DNA of 64,000 bases from Anaerolineales bacterium (GTDB lineage: Bacteria; Chloroflexota; Anaerolineae; Anaerolineales; RBG-16-64-43), in the NCBI GenBank assembly GCA_016928575.1, contig JAFGKK010000057.1, positions 93,386 through 157,385 on the forward strand, written 5' to 3'. The translations under genes were made by a program, and so were the position numbers. The notes beneath the pieces were generated by a model, which saw only the letters and a program-made list of their open reading frames with translations, searched no databases and was not told where the DNA came from. Shown here in pieces: positions 1-9,034 of the stretch (positions within the stretch are counted from its first letter, which is position 1; every line of letters starts with the position of its first letter).

Positions 1-590
1 GCAGCGGCGAAGCGCCCAACCGGGTGGACATGATCGTCGCTTCGGCGGTGAGCGCCGAAGCCGTCGCCGACGCCTCCGAAGAGATCCGCCAAATTCTCCG
101 CGTGCGGCATCACACCGAGGTGGGCAAGGACGATTTCACCCTCATGACCCAGCAGGATTTCCTTTCCCTGACGTCGCAGATCATGGGCGTGCTGACCATC
201 TTCCTGGGGGGGATCGCCGCGATCTCGCTCTTGGTGGGCGGCATCGGGATCATGAACATCATGCTGGTTTCGGTGACGGAACGGACCCGCGAGATCGGCC
301 TGCGCAAGGCGCTGGGCGCGCGGCGGAAGGACATTATGATTCAGTTCCTGACGGAATCGGCCATGCTGAGCGTCTGCGGCGGCCTGATCGGAATCGGGCT
401 GGGCACGGCGCTGGCTTTTGCAGTGGGGCAGATCGCCGCGGCGACCGGCAACGAATTCACCCCGGTCGTCGGATTGGATTCGGTCTTGTTGGCGACGCTC
501 TTTTCTGCCGCGGTGGGATTGTTTTTCGGGATTTATCCGGCCTCCCGCGCCGCGGGATTGGAGCCCGTCGAAGCGCTGCGGTACGAATAA
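1..590 (+). CDS. ABC-type efflux permease, FtsX/MacB family, C-terminal part (5' end outside window)
   Basis: Frame stays open to the window edge. Tail ...RKALGARRKDIMIQFLTESAMLSVCGGLIGIGLG...GIYPASRAAGLEPVEALRYE is the conserved FtsX-domain C-terminus of MacB-like permeases. Confidence 0.85.
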   Translation, partial: SGEAPNRVDMIVASAVSAEAVADASEEIRQILRVRHHTEVGKDDFTLMTQQDFLSLTSQIMGVLTIFLGGIAAISLLVGGIGIMNIMLVSVTERTREIGLRKALGARRKDIMIQFLTESAMLSVCGGLIGIGLGTALAFAVGQIAAATGNEFTPVVGLDSVLLATLFSAAVGLFFGIYPASRAAGLEPVEALRYE

Positions 591-619
591 CACATCCCCT
601 GAGCGGCCGGAACCTGTTT

Positions 620-652
620 ACAGCCGTGATCGGTGATCACGGCTGTGTTTTT
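620..652 (+). terminator. Rho-independent terminator after the permease gene
   Basis: Perfect 12-bp inverted repeat ACAGCCGTGATC / GATCACGGCTGT with a 3-nt loop, followed by a T-run (GTTTTT). Confidence 0.85.
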
Positions 653-790
653 CATTATTGATTCCCCGGAAGGAAAATTCCCTCGTCGTCGACCGAATGC
701 GATACGTAACCTCTCCATCCTTCTACTGAAAGCAAGGCGTTTTTTTTCGTCCTCCCTCTCCCGGCGCACGCCCCCGCGCCCGTCATCGCG

Positions 791-817
791 AAGCGGGGGA
801 AGCGGGGGAAGCGCGGG
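791..817. repeat. Three tandem 9-mers AAGCGGGGG (third copy AAGCGCGGG)
   Basis: Read directly: aagcggggg aagcggggg aagcgcggg, inside a gene-free gap. Confidence 0.6.
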
Positions 818-1339
818 TAAGCCGGCAGAAGCAGTAAAGGGCGAGGGGGAGGAAAAGAAAGCTGCCTTGTGGCAGGGGAGTCATGATGATCCCAATCGCT
901 TGAAGCCGGCTTTTTCTGGTTGCCGGTCGATATCTCACGCAGGTTATTCATAAAGCGGCGCTTCGGTCACCATTGTGGTACGAATCATAATCTCTGCAAG
1001 ATGATCGAGGCGCCGCCTTGAGAGTGGACAGTGCCGCATGGAGACCAATCCTGCTATGGGGGATAAGGAAATCAAATCGCTTCCGCCCGTCGCATGGGTG
1101 GAAAAAACTCCGAAAAGCGCGCTTCGTTTTTTCCCGCATCTTATCCTCATGCCGGCTCAGGAAAAGGATTCGAATCAACAGGAATCAAGAAAAGGGCGGG
1201 GCAGACCTCTCGTGCTTGGCAAAGAGCTGTGCCCCAGTGTGGCCCGTGCGGGGAGAGACCTGTGAGAATCCGATAAGCGGAGACGGTTGTGAGCCAGCGG
1301 CCCAAGGCGGAAAATAGTCAGGATCAAGAGCGGATGAGG

Positions 1340-2629
1340 CTAGGTTTGAATGAAGGAAAGCTGGGTGTCCGGGCCGATCGTCGTATGCGGCTGGATCATG
1401 GTGTCCTTGGGAATGACGACCACGCCTTCGCGCACATACCATTGGCCGCCTTCGCCATCCAGGTGCGTTCCGGGAGGGAACGGCTGGATAACCACCCCGG
1501 AGCCGATCCGCACGTTTTTATCGATAATTGCGCCTTCGATCCGGCTGTCGGCTCCGATCCCGAGCTGGACGCCGCGGGGAAATTCGGCGCCCGGAATGTC
1601 GTAATAATCGGCGCCGAGGATGACGCTGTTGCGGATCTCCGCCCTGGAGGCGATCCGGCTCCGCAAACCGACGACCGAATTGCGGATCCGGGCTCCGTGG
1701 ATCCGGCAGCCGTCGGCCAAGAGGACATCCTGCAGGTCGCTGTCCTCAAGGATCGAACCCGGCAGAAAGCGGGGATGGGTGTAGATTGGGCGCCGGGGGT
1801 CGTAGAAGTTGAAAGGGGCGTTGGCGGACGTGAGGGCCAGGTTGGTTTCGTAAAACGTCCGGATGGTCCCGATATCCTCCCAGTACCCGTCAAAATCGAA
1901 TCCGAAGACCTTGTGGGAATAAATCGCCTGGGGGATGACCTCGGTGCCGAAATCGCTGGCGCCCGTCATTCCAAGCACCTCCATTAGGACCGGCGTTTTG
2001 AATAGATATACGCCCATCGACCCGAGGTACGGCCGTTGGGGATCGTTGCGGCTGATCATCTCGGCCAGGACGGACGGGTCCTTGGGCTTTTCGGCGAAGT
2101 AGCGGATCCGCAGGTTGGTGTCGCGCTTGAGAATTCCGAACCGCGAAGCGTCGGCGGCAGTCACCGGATGCACCGCCACGCTGATGTCGGCGTCCGTCTC
2201 CATGTGGAATTCGACCATCGAGGTGTAGTCCATGCGGTACAGGTGGTCGCCGGAGAGGATCATCACCAACGGAGCGCGCGTGGACCGGATCTGCCCGAGT
2301 TGTTTGCGGACCGCGTCCGCCGTTCCCTGATACCAATCCTCGTGCAAGGGGGTTTGCTCAGCCGCCAGCACCTGTACCCAGCCGGTGTGGAAAGAATCGA
2401 AATTGTAGGTTCTGGCGATGTGGCGGTGCAGGGAGACGGAATTGTATTGGGTCAGGACGGCGACGCGGTAGATCCCGGAGTTGATGCAGTTGCTGATGGA
2501 GATGTCGATCAGGCGGTACTTTCCGGCAAACGGAACGGCGGGTTTGGAACGCATGCGGGTGAGGGGAAACAAACGGGTCCCGCGGCCGCCGCCGAGAATC
2601 ACCGCGAGCACATCCTCCATATAGGACAT
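1340..2629 (-). CDS. glgC: Glucose-1-phosphate adenylyltransferase
   Basis: N-terminus AVILGGGRGTRLFPLTRMRSKPAVPFAGKYRLIDISISNCINSGI plus a C-terminal left-handed beta-helix region, typical GlgC. The track starts at GTG 2635, but GGAGG abuts that GTG and lies 6 nt before ATG 2629, so ATG 2629 is preferred. Confidence 0.95.
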   Translation of the reverse strand: MSYMEDVLAVILGGGRGTRLFPLTRMRSKPAVPFAGKYRLIDISISNCINSGIYRVAVLTQYNSVSLHRHIARTYNFDSFHTGWVQVLAAEQTPLHEDWYQGTADAVRKQLGQIRSTRAPLVMILSGDHLYRMDYTSMVEFHMETDADISVAVHPVTAADASRFGILKRDTNLRIRYFAEKPKDPSVLAEMISRNDPQRPYLGSMGVYLFKTPVLMEVLGMTGASDFGTEVIPQAIYSHKVFGFDFDGYWEDIGTIRTFYETNLALTSANAPFNFYDPRRPIYTHPRFLPGSILEDSDLQDVLLADGCRIHGARIRNSVVGLRSRIASRAEIRNSVILGADYYDIPGAEFPRGVQLGIGADSRIEGAIIDKNVRIGSGVVIQPFPPGTHLDGEGGQWYVREGVVVIPKDTMIQPHTTIGPDTQLSFIQT

Positions 2630-2686
2630 CCCCACCCTCCGATGATGACTCCGCCGGTTTTTATCCGGCTATGACCGTCTGCGCGT

Positions 2687-2716
2687 ATCATAGCATAACC
2701 CGACGAGCGGGCACAA
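2687..2716 (-). promoter_or_regulatory. Candidate sigma-70-type promoter for glgC
   Basis: On the minus strand: TTGTGC (2716-2711), 18-nt spacer, TATGAT (2692-2687), about 50 nt upstream of the start codon. Motif match only. Confidence 0.3.
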
Positions 2717-3048
2717 TTCTGGCCCGCTTTTCATTTCCGCAACGGATTAGAAAGGGGTCAGACACGGATCATACAAAACCCCGGCGCGCGGCCGAGCATG
2801 GCCGGCCTAGACCGGTATGCGGTCGCCGAATCGGCTTGCGCTCCCCGGACCCATACCCCGGACTGGAACAAAATCCCCGTCGTCGCCGCACAAAGAAAAT
2901 TTGGGAATAGTTGTTCTTTCCATCGTCTGCTTTAATTGACTCGCCTTTGTGCAGGCTTTCCCGCTGCGGCAGCGGATTATGGGTGGGCGCGGCCGCGGAA
3001 TCGCTTCCCCGTTGGGAGCCGATGAAAAAAATCCGCGCTCCCTCCGGG

Positions 3049-3633
3049 TCAACCGCCCGTCAGAAAAAACCGAAGCGTTTCGTCCGCAAACCGGTCGGCG
3101 TGAATCTCGGTGTTGCGGCCGGCCACCTGACGGGTCCGTCGCAGGAAGTGGAAGGCCTCATGGGCCAAGATCCATACGATCGCTTCATCCAGATTGTTCA
3201 ACCGGGTGAAGCCGACCACTCGAATCCACTCGCGCCCGGTGCGCAGGTCTTTCACCCGGATTCCCGGCCGAGTCCCCGGCGGGAGCGGAGGGTGCGATCC
3301 GTCGGAAGCCAGATAGACGGGGGATCTCCGAACCGGGAGTTCATGGGGAAACGGTCCGGGAACCTGGACGCTGATGCGGTAAAAGGGAATCCGGCGGGTG
3401 GGATACCAGCATCTTCCGTATGCGCCGCGGCACCTGCCCCGGCCGCGGTCGATCCGGACCCACGCGAGTTGCGAAGTGTCGAAATCGGAAAAAAACTCGC
3501 GCGCCCAGGAAAGCGCGAGGGGTTGTTCCCCTTTCAGGTCCACGATCCAACGCATGCGCAGGGAGGGTTCGATGGAATCCGAAGCCGGTTGGAACGCGCG
3601 GAGCGGGCGCTTTTCCCGGACTTGCGGTGGCAA
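3049..3633 (-). CDS. Hypothetical protein with C-terminal HExxH (HEAFH) motif, putative metallopeptidase-like
   Basis: 194-aa ORF with non-artefact composition. ...AIVWILAHEAFHFLRRTRQVAGRNTEIHADRF... contains HExxH. I cannot assign a family. Confidence 0.55.
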   Translation of the reverse strand: MPPQVREKRPLRAFQPASDSIEPSLRMRWIVDLKGEQPLALSWAREFFSDFDTSQLAWVRIDRGRGRCRGAYGRCWYPTRRIPFYRISVQVPGPFPHELPVRRSPVYLASDGSHPPLPPGTRPGIRVKDLRTGREWIRVVGFTRLNNLDEAIVWILAHEAFHFLRRTRQVAGRNTEIHADRFADETLRFFLTGG

Positions 3634-3891
3634 GATTGTATCCGCTTTGAGGAATGCGGAACAGCCCTTTGAGCCGGACGGGCCTCCTCAGGCATTCCGA
3701 ACGCGAACGCCTTGGAAAAGGACAGACCGGGGAGCGAATATGAGACTGCGACGATCGCCCGCGGTAGCAATCCGCGCGGGCCGATCAGGGCCGGGATCGG
3801 AAGGAAGGCCGGGGGGTGAATCTCAGCCGAACCCGCGCCTGTGTTATTATGCTGTCCGCACGCCGGGGGGAGCGGCGGATAAGGAGAAGGG

Positions 3892-5178
3892 ATGCGCGTT
3901 CGGATGCCGACAGAATCCGTCTTATTGCGGCTGACCGCGGCGGTGGTTTTTTCGGCCGTGATTGCGGCATGCGGTCCGTTGCCCGAGAGTGGGGCGGACA
4001 CCAAGCCCAGCATCCTCCCTGCCGTTACCGAGACGATCGGAAACCCCGCGCTGCCCACCCCGACGGTCAATATCGCGACGTTGACCTTGTGGCTGCCGCC
4101 GGCATTCCGGCCGGACAGCTCCTCCGCCGGAGGCAAGGCCCTGGCCGAGCGGATCGAAGCCTATGAAGCGCGGAATCCCGGGGTTCAAGTCGTCGTCCGG
4201 ATTAAAGCGGCCTCCGGCGCCGGAGGGTTGCGCGATTCGCTCGCCGTCGCCGCGGCTGCCGCCCCGGGCGCTTTGCCGGATTTGGTCGCGCTCGATCAAT
4301 CCAACCTACGAGCCGCCGCGATTAAAAACCTCATCCATCCGCTCGACGGCTTGCTGCCTTCCCAAACTTGGGATTCCCATTACGCTTACGCCAAGAACAT
4401 GGTCGTCATCGACGATCTGCGGTACGGCCTACCATTCTCCGGGGATGCCCTGATCCTAGCCAGCACCGCCGTTCCGTATTCGGAGCCGGAGCGGTGGGAT
4501 TCGCTGGAGAACTGGACGGCGCCGGTATTCCTGCCCCTCGGCGATTCACGGGCGCTGTTCCTCTTTTACGGATACTACGCCGCCGGCGGTATTCAGATTC
4601 TTTCGAGCACCGACGGCGAGATCCTTCAGGAACCCTTCGCGCGGGAGCTTTCCTGGCTGCGGTCGATGGCGGAGTATGAATTGCTGTCTCCCCGAAGCCT
4701 TCAGATCGATTCCTTTGAGGGGGCATTCCTGGCGATCGAAAGCATCGCAGAATGCGCCGCAACCCTGTACTCCGTGGTCTCGCACAATACCGACTACTTC
4801 ATGACGTACCTCCCGACTCCCGATGGAAGCCGGTTTTCCCTGGCCACCGGTTGGGCGTGGACACTCGCCACCGCCGATCCGATGCGCCGGATAAAAGCGG
4901 CGGATTTAATTCTTTGGCTGACGGATCCCGAATTCCTCGCCGAATGGTCGCAGGCGCAGGGCGTGCTTCCGGCATCAAGCGAAGCTGTGGCTTTGTGGCC
5001 CCCCGGCAACGAGCGGGAGCTCGCCGCGGGCGTCTCCGGACCGGCGCTGCCTTTTCCGGACGATGAGATTTCCGCTTTCATCGGTCCGATATTTTCCAAG
5101 GCGGTCCGGAAGGTGTTGGTGGAGGGCGCAACCCCGGAGGAGGCAGCACGGGAAGCGGCGGAATCCATCCGTCCCTGA
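3892..5178 (+). CDS. Extracellular solute-binding lipoprotein (ABC sugar-type, family 1)
   Basis: AAGGAGA before the ATG. Signal peptide ending in lipobox-like ...AVIAAC. ...LTLWLPPAF...ERIEAYEARNPGVQVVV...LPDLVALDQSNL... matches the SBP_bac_1 pattern. Confidence 0.8.
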   Translation: MRVRMPTESVLLRLTAAVVFSAVIAACGPLPESGADTKPSILPAVTETIGNPALPTPTVNIATLTLWLPPAFRPDSSSAGGKALAERIEAYEARNPGVQVVVRIKAASGAGGLRDSLAVAAAAAPGALPDLVALDQSNLRAAAIKNLIHPLDGLLPSQTWDSHYAYAKNMVVIDDLRYGLPFSGDALILASTAVPYSEPERWDSLENWTAPVFLPLGDSRALFLFYGYYAAGGIQILSSTDGEILQEPFARELSWLRSMAEYELLSPRSLQIDSFEGAFLAIESIAECAATLYSVVSHNTDYFMTYLPTPDGSRFSLATGWAWTLATADPMRRIKAADLILWLTDPEFLAEWSQAQGVLPASSEAVALWPPGNERELAAGVSGPALPFPDDEISAFIGPIFSKAVRKVLVEGATPEEAAREAAESIRP

Positions 5179-5571
5179 CTTCAAACCGCCGGAACCAGCG
5201 AATCCGGATGCGCAAACGCCTCTCGGCGCAAAACTTGGATGGTTGAAAACTGCGCCGGCCGGGGGCGTGGTTGCCGCGGGAGGACAGCGCTGGAAACCGG
5301 AATTCCGGACCAACGCGCTTTCCGGATAGGGATTCGATCCGGGTATAATCGGACCGCCAAAGGATACCTAGGCGGTCGAATACTCTCGGACAACCGCAGC
5401 CGTGGGAGCCGAAGGCGTTCGGAATCCACCGCCAGAATTGGAATCTTCCCTGCAGGTCGGATCGCCGGCAAGGGCGCCATTCCCCACCCATAGCCCGAGC
5501 CGGTTCCGTGCTGATTCTATGAGTCCGGGCCGCGGAGCGGCTGACGCCCCGGCCGAAAAGGAGAATCCTCA

Positions 5572-7032
5572 ATGACCATAAGTTTCGGGACGGACGGCTG
5601 GCGGGCCGTCATTTCAGATACGTTCACCTTCGCAAACCTGCGCCTGTTGACCCAGGCGATCGCCGACGCGGCCGCCTCGCCGGATTGGAACCGGATCGCC
5701 GCGCTTCCGGAGGGCCGCGCCTCGCGGGAAATGGTCGTCGGGTTTGACACCCGCTTCCTTTCCGACCGGTTTGCGGTGGACGTGGCGCGGGTGCTGGCGG
5801 CCAACGGGTACACCGTGCACCTGGCCCAGGCTGACGCCCCCACACCGGCGATTTCCCACGCGATCACCCATCGCAAGGCTTTGGGGGGCGTCATGATCAC
5901 CGCTTCCCACAACGCCCCGCGCTACAACGGCGTGAAATTGAAATCCTTCTTCGGCGGATCGGCGCTTCCCGAACAATGCCGCCGCGTGGAAATCTACCTT
6001 TCCGACAACGAAGCCCAGGGACGCGGGCCGAACCTGATGGATTACCGCCAGGCTCTGGAGGCCAAGAAGATTCTCCGCTTCAATCCGATTCCGGCGTACC
6101 ACGCGCATCTCCGCAACCTGATCGATTTCGACGCGATCGCGGACAATCCTCCGCGTGTGGTGGTGGATTCGATGTACGGCTCCGGCCGCGGGCAGATCAA
6201 GACGATCCTGCAGGGAACGGGATGCGAGGTGTTCGAGGTGCGGGGCGAGATGAATCCGGGATTCGGCGGCGTGCATCCCGAACCGATTGCGGCCAACCTG
6301 GGGGCGCTGGCGGGCGCGATCGCGGCTGGGCACGGCGCGATCGGCGTAGCCACCGACGGCGACGCCGACCGGACCGGCGCGATGGACGGCCGCGGCCAGT
6401 TCGTCGATCCGCACCGGATCATGGCGCTGGCTCTGCGCTATCTGGTGGAAAAACGCGGTCTGCGGGGAAAAGTGATCAAGACCGTCTCCACCACCCAAAT
6501 GATCAACCGGCTGGCCGCCAAGTACGGCCTGGAAGTGTTCGAAACCCCCGTAGGCTTCAATTACATCGCCGACTACATGCTCAAGGGCGACGTGCTGATC
6601 GGAGGCGAAGAATCCGGCGGGATGAGCTTTCTCGGTCACATCCCGGAGGGGGATGGCATTCTATTCGGCCTGCTCTTGATCGAGATGGTCGCGGTGTATC
6701 GGGAGCCGCTGGAGACGCTGATCGGCGGACTTCTGCGCGAGGCGGGTCCGGCGGTCTACGAAAGGCGGGATCTGCGCCTGGCGCATCCGGTCTCGAAGGC
6801 GGAGATCACCAAAAAGCTGGTGGAGAATCCGCCGGCTTCCTTGGGCGGCCAGAAGGTGACCAAGGTCCAGACCACGGACGGGGTGAAATACCTGCTGGAC
6901 GACGATTCCTGGCTGCTGATCCGGCCTTCGGGGACCGAACCGGTTCTGCGGGTGTATGCCGAAGGCCGCGACGAGAAAATGGTCAAAGCGCTTCTGTCGT
7001 TCGGGGAAAAGGTGGCGCAGGAAGCCATCTAA
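5572..7032 (+). CDS. Phosphoglucomutase/phosphomannomutase (alpha-D-phosphohexomutase family)
   Basis: Active-site loop GGVMITASHNAPRYNGVKLK, metal loop ATDGDADR, sugar loop GGEESGG. AAGGAG upstream of the ATG. Confidence 0.9.
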   Translation: MTISFGTDGWRAVISDTFTFANLRLLTQAIADAAASPDWNRIAALPEGRASREMVVGFDTRFLSDRFAVDVARVLAANGYTVHLAQADAPTPAISHAITHRKALGGVMITASHNAPRYNGVKLKSFFGGSALPEQCRRVEIYLSDNEAQGRGPNLMDYRQALEAKKILRFNPIPAYHAHLRNLIDFDAIADNPPRVVVDSMYGSGRGQIKTILQGTGCEVFEVRGEMNPGFGGVHPEPIAANLGALAGAIAAGHGAIGVATDGDADRTGAMDGRGQFVDPHRIMALALRYLVEKRGLRGKVIKTVSTTQMINRLAAKYGLEVFETPVGFNYIADYMLKGDVLIGGEESGGMSFLGHIPEGDGILFGLLLIEMVAVYREPLETLIGGLLREAGPAVYERRDLRLAHPVSKAEITKKLVENPPASLGGQKVTKVQTTDGVKYLLDDDSWLLIRPSGTEPVLRVYAEGRDEKMVKALLSFGEKVAQEAI

Positions 7033-7072
7033 GCAAATCTCCCCGATCCGGGGAACGGCTTGTCGAACAGGA

Positions 7073-7115
7073 AACGGTGCGGACGCTCTCTTCAGCGTCC
7101 GCACCGTTGGTTTTT
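7073..7115 (+). terminator. Rho-independent terminator after the phosphohexomutase gene
   Basis: Perfect 15-bp stem AACGGTGCGGACGCT / AGCGTCCGCACCGTT, 6-nt loop, then GGTTTTT. Lies between convergent genes. Confidence 0.85.
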
Positions 7116-7146
7116 CCAGGCGGGAACTTCAAATCGGCGGGCGGGG

Positions 7147-8079
7147 CTACTCGTGGACGGTGACCCGATTGCCGCCGGCCGCGATGGATTCGTGCAGGGC
7201 GATTTCGGCGGATTGCAGGAGGGCGTCCTTGGTCTCGCCCTGACTCGGAGAAGCCGCCACGCCGCAGGAGAAGGTGCATTCGATCTTTGTGCCGAGGTAA
7301 TTCAGGATGGAATTGTGGAACGCTTGGCGGAGAAGTTCCGCGCGCGGACCGGCGATGACCGCCGGGGCGCCGGGCAGGACCACGACGAAGGTGTCGGGTG
7401 CGGTCCGGCTGGCGATGTCGCCGCGGCGGATGTAGCGGTGGATCAGGGAGCTTAGGATTTTTAGGATTTCCACACCGGCTTTCTCCCCGTAGCGTTCGTC
7501 GGCCTTTTTATATTGATCCAGCCGGATTATCAGCACGCTGACCGGAATTTTGGCGCGGGAGGCGCGCGCCATTTCCAGGTCCAGCGATTCCATCAGGTAG
7601 CACCGGTTGTACAAGCCGGTCACCGGATCGCGCACGGCCTGATCCCGCAGGGAGGCGTACAATGACTGAATCTCGGTATTTTTTTCCAACAACAGTTCCA
7701 TGGCGCGCCGGTGATCCTGTTCCATATGGATCCGGTCGGAGACATCCCGCAGGAAAACGACGGAACCGGGGTTCTCCCCGGCCGCGGCGGAAAGCGGGCG
7801 GCGGCTGATCTCAATTGTCCTCTCCGGATCGTGCGGCGAGGGAACGGTTAAGGATTTTCCTCCGGAATCCGGAATCCCCTGCCCGGAGAGCCAGGGTGCG
7901 AAAACGTCCGGAAAGGGTTTTCCCGCGGCGTCGGCTTCCACCATCCGGGCCAACTCCGCCGCCGCCGGATTGATGCTCAGGATTCGGTTTTGGGCATCCA
8001 ACACGACCGCACCGTCCGTGATGGAGTCCAAAAGGGGTGTTCTTGTTGTTTTTCGTGCGGATCGGGTTTTTCCGGCCAT
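7147..8079 (-). CDS. PAS domain protein with degenerate GGDEF domain (A-site lost, RxxD I-site kept)
   Basis: PAS-like N-terminus (LLDSITDGAVVLDAQNRILSINPAA). GGDEF-fold signature DPVTGLYNRCYL...SVLIIRLDQYKK. APDTF sits where GG(D/E)EF should be, with RRGD five residues upstream. Confidence 0.85.
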   Translation of the reverse strand: MAGKTRSARKTTRTPLLDSITDGAVVLDAQNRILSINPAAAELARMVEADAAGKPFPDVFAPWLSGQGIPDSGGKSLTVPSPHDPERTIEISRRPLSAAAGENPGSVVFLRDVSDRIHMEQDHRRAMELLLEKNTEIQSLYASLRDQAVRDPVTGLYNRCYLMESLDLEMARASRAKIPVSVLIIRLDQYKKADERYGEKAGVEILKILSSLIHRYIRRGDIASRTAPDTFVVVLPGAPAVIAGPRAELLRQAFHNSILNYLGTKIECTFSCGVAASPSQGETKDALLQSAEIALHESIAAGGNRVTVHE

Positions 8080-8620
8080 CTCGCAACCTCCTCAACAGCC
8101 GCCAAGCAAAGGCACGGAAGGGTTTCTTCGGTTCTTCCGCCGGAAGGAACATCCTGCTTGCGTATATTATATGGGACCTTGCGCAAAAAAGGAAAAGGGG
8201 AAAACCCGCGCCGACGGAAAAGGTTGGACAACGCGCAGAACGGATCCGTCCTCCAGCAAGGGCAGTACGGGATCCTTCTCGTGGAAAACCCCCGCAGATG
8301 CCTTCTTGCGCGCCGGCCGCGGCAGAGACAAATTTGGCCGATCGTTCCTTGCACGATGGAAGGATTTTTGCGAATAGTGTCTTCTATAATGAAATGTTTG
8401 GCAGGGGAGCGGTTGGCCGCATTCAATCCTTCCGACATCGGAAAGGGGGGCGGGGATCGCCGCCGCATAAGCTGTTATCGCCAAATGAAGATGTCCGGCG
8501 GCGGAACTTGAGGGGCGCCCCGGCGGCACGCCGGGGCATGACAGCGCGTCGGGCGCGCCTTGCCGTTGCGAATGAAGAAGAACCGGATGTTCTTTTCGGG
8601 CAGATGGAGGGAAGCACACC

Positions 8621-9034
8621 ATGGATACAGGAGGACGGCAAACGCAAATGGAACGGAATGTTCGAATCCGTAAACACCTTTCGGCGGCGCTCGTGACCGC
8701 CTTCCCGGTCGTCATCGCCGTCTGGATGGGAATCCTTTCACCGGAATATTTCGCCAAGTTGTTGTCGTTCAACCTTCCTGCGGCGGCGGTCGTAAGCTTC
8801 TTCTTGTCCCTCGGACTATGTTACGGCACCGTGCTATTAATCGCCAACACGGTCATCGGACTGTCCCGGGAGCCGACAAGCGCGGGCAAATATGGCGCGG
8901 GTTTATTCAAGTTCGCCCTGCTCAGCGCCGGATTATTCATTTTCTTATCGCTTGCGGTTGTATTGGCGTTAACAAGCCCGGCCTTGTTGATCCTGTTGGA
9001 TTCGCCGGTGGGGAAAATGTTCTTCGGTGGGTGA
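8621..9034 (+). CDS. Small multi-pass membrane protein, unknown function
   Basis: 137 aa with four hydrophobic segments (e.g. ALVTAFPVVIAVWMGIL, AAAVVSFFLSLGLCYGTVLLIA). GGAGGG upstream. Confidence 0.55.
   Translation: MDTGGRQTQMERNVRIRKHLSAALVTAFPVVIAVWMGILSPEYFAKLLSFNLPAAAVVSFFLSLGLCYGTVLLIANTVIGLSREPTSAGKYGAGLFKFALLSAGLFIFLSLAVVLALTSPALLILLDSPVGKMFFGG

Noticed and set aside
791-817. Possible CRISPR or minisatellite
   Set aside because: There are only three directly abutting 9-mers, with no spacers and no cas genes. It is reported only as a short tandem repeat.
815-845. SRP-RNA-like string GCCGGCAGAAGCAGTAAAGG
   Set aside because: It only partially resembles the 4.5S domain IV core (GGAAGCAGC). 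No GNRA-capped helix or complementary 3' strand is nearby.
1160-1180. tRNA-like T-loop sequence GGATTCGAATC
   Set aside because: Flanking bases do not form a T-stem on either strand, and no acceptor or anticodon arms can be drawn.
2706-2735. Plus-strand terminator-like hairpin AGCGGGC...GCCCGCT followed by TTTCATTT
   Set aside because: No plus-strand gene ends upstream of it. It overlaps the candidate glgC -35 region on the other strand, so I treat it as part of that control region rather than as a terminator.
5614-6639. 341-aa ORF on the minus strand
   Set aside because: It lies fully antisense to the well-supported phosphohexomutase gene. Its composition is dominated by R/G/P/A/H/V with no recognisable motif. 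This is a typical mirror ORF of a GC-rich gene.
5572-7032. Calling this gene glmM and the upstream leader a glmS-type element
   Set aside because: The active-site loop is TASHNAPRYNG (PGM/PMM-like), not the GlmM-type SASHNP...DNGIK. The leader shows none of the glmS ribozyme core.
7147-8079. Annotating the GGDEF protein as an active diguanylate cyclase
   Set aside because: The GG(D/E)EF signature and several catalytic or metal residues are replaced (APDTF; IRLD), so cyclase activity is unlikely.
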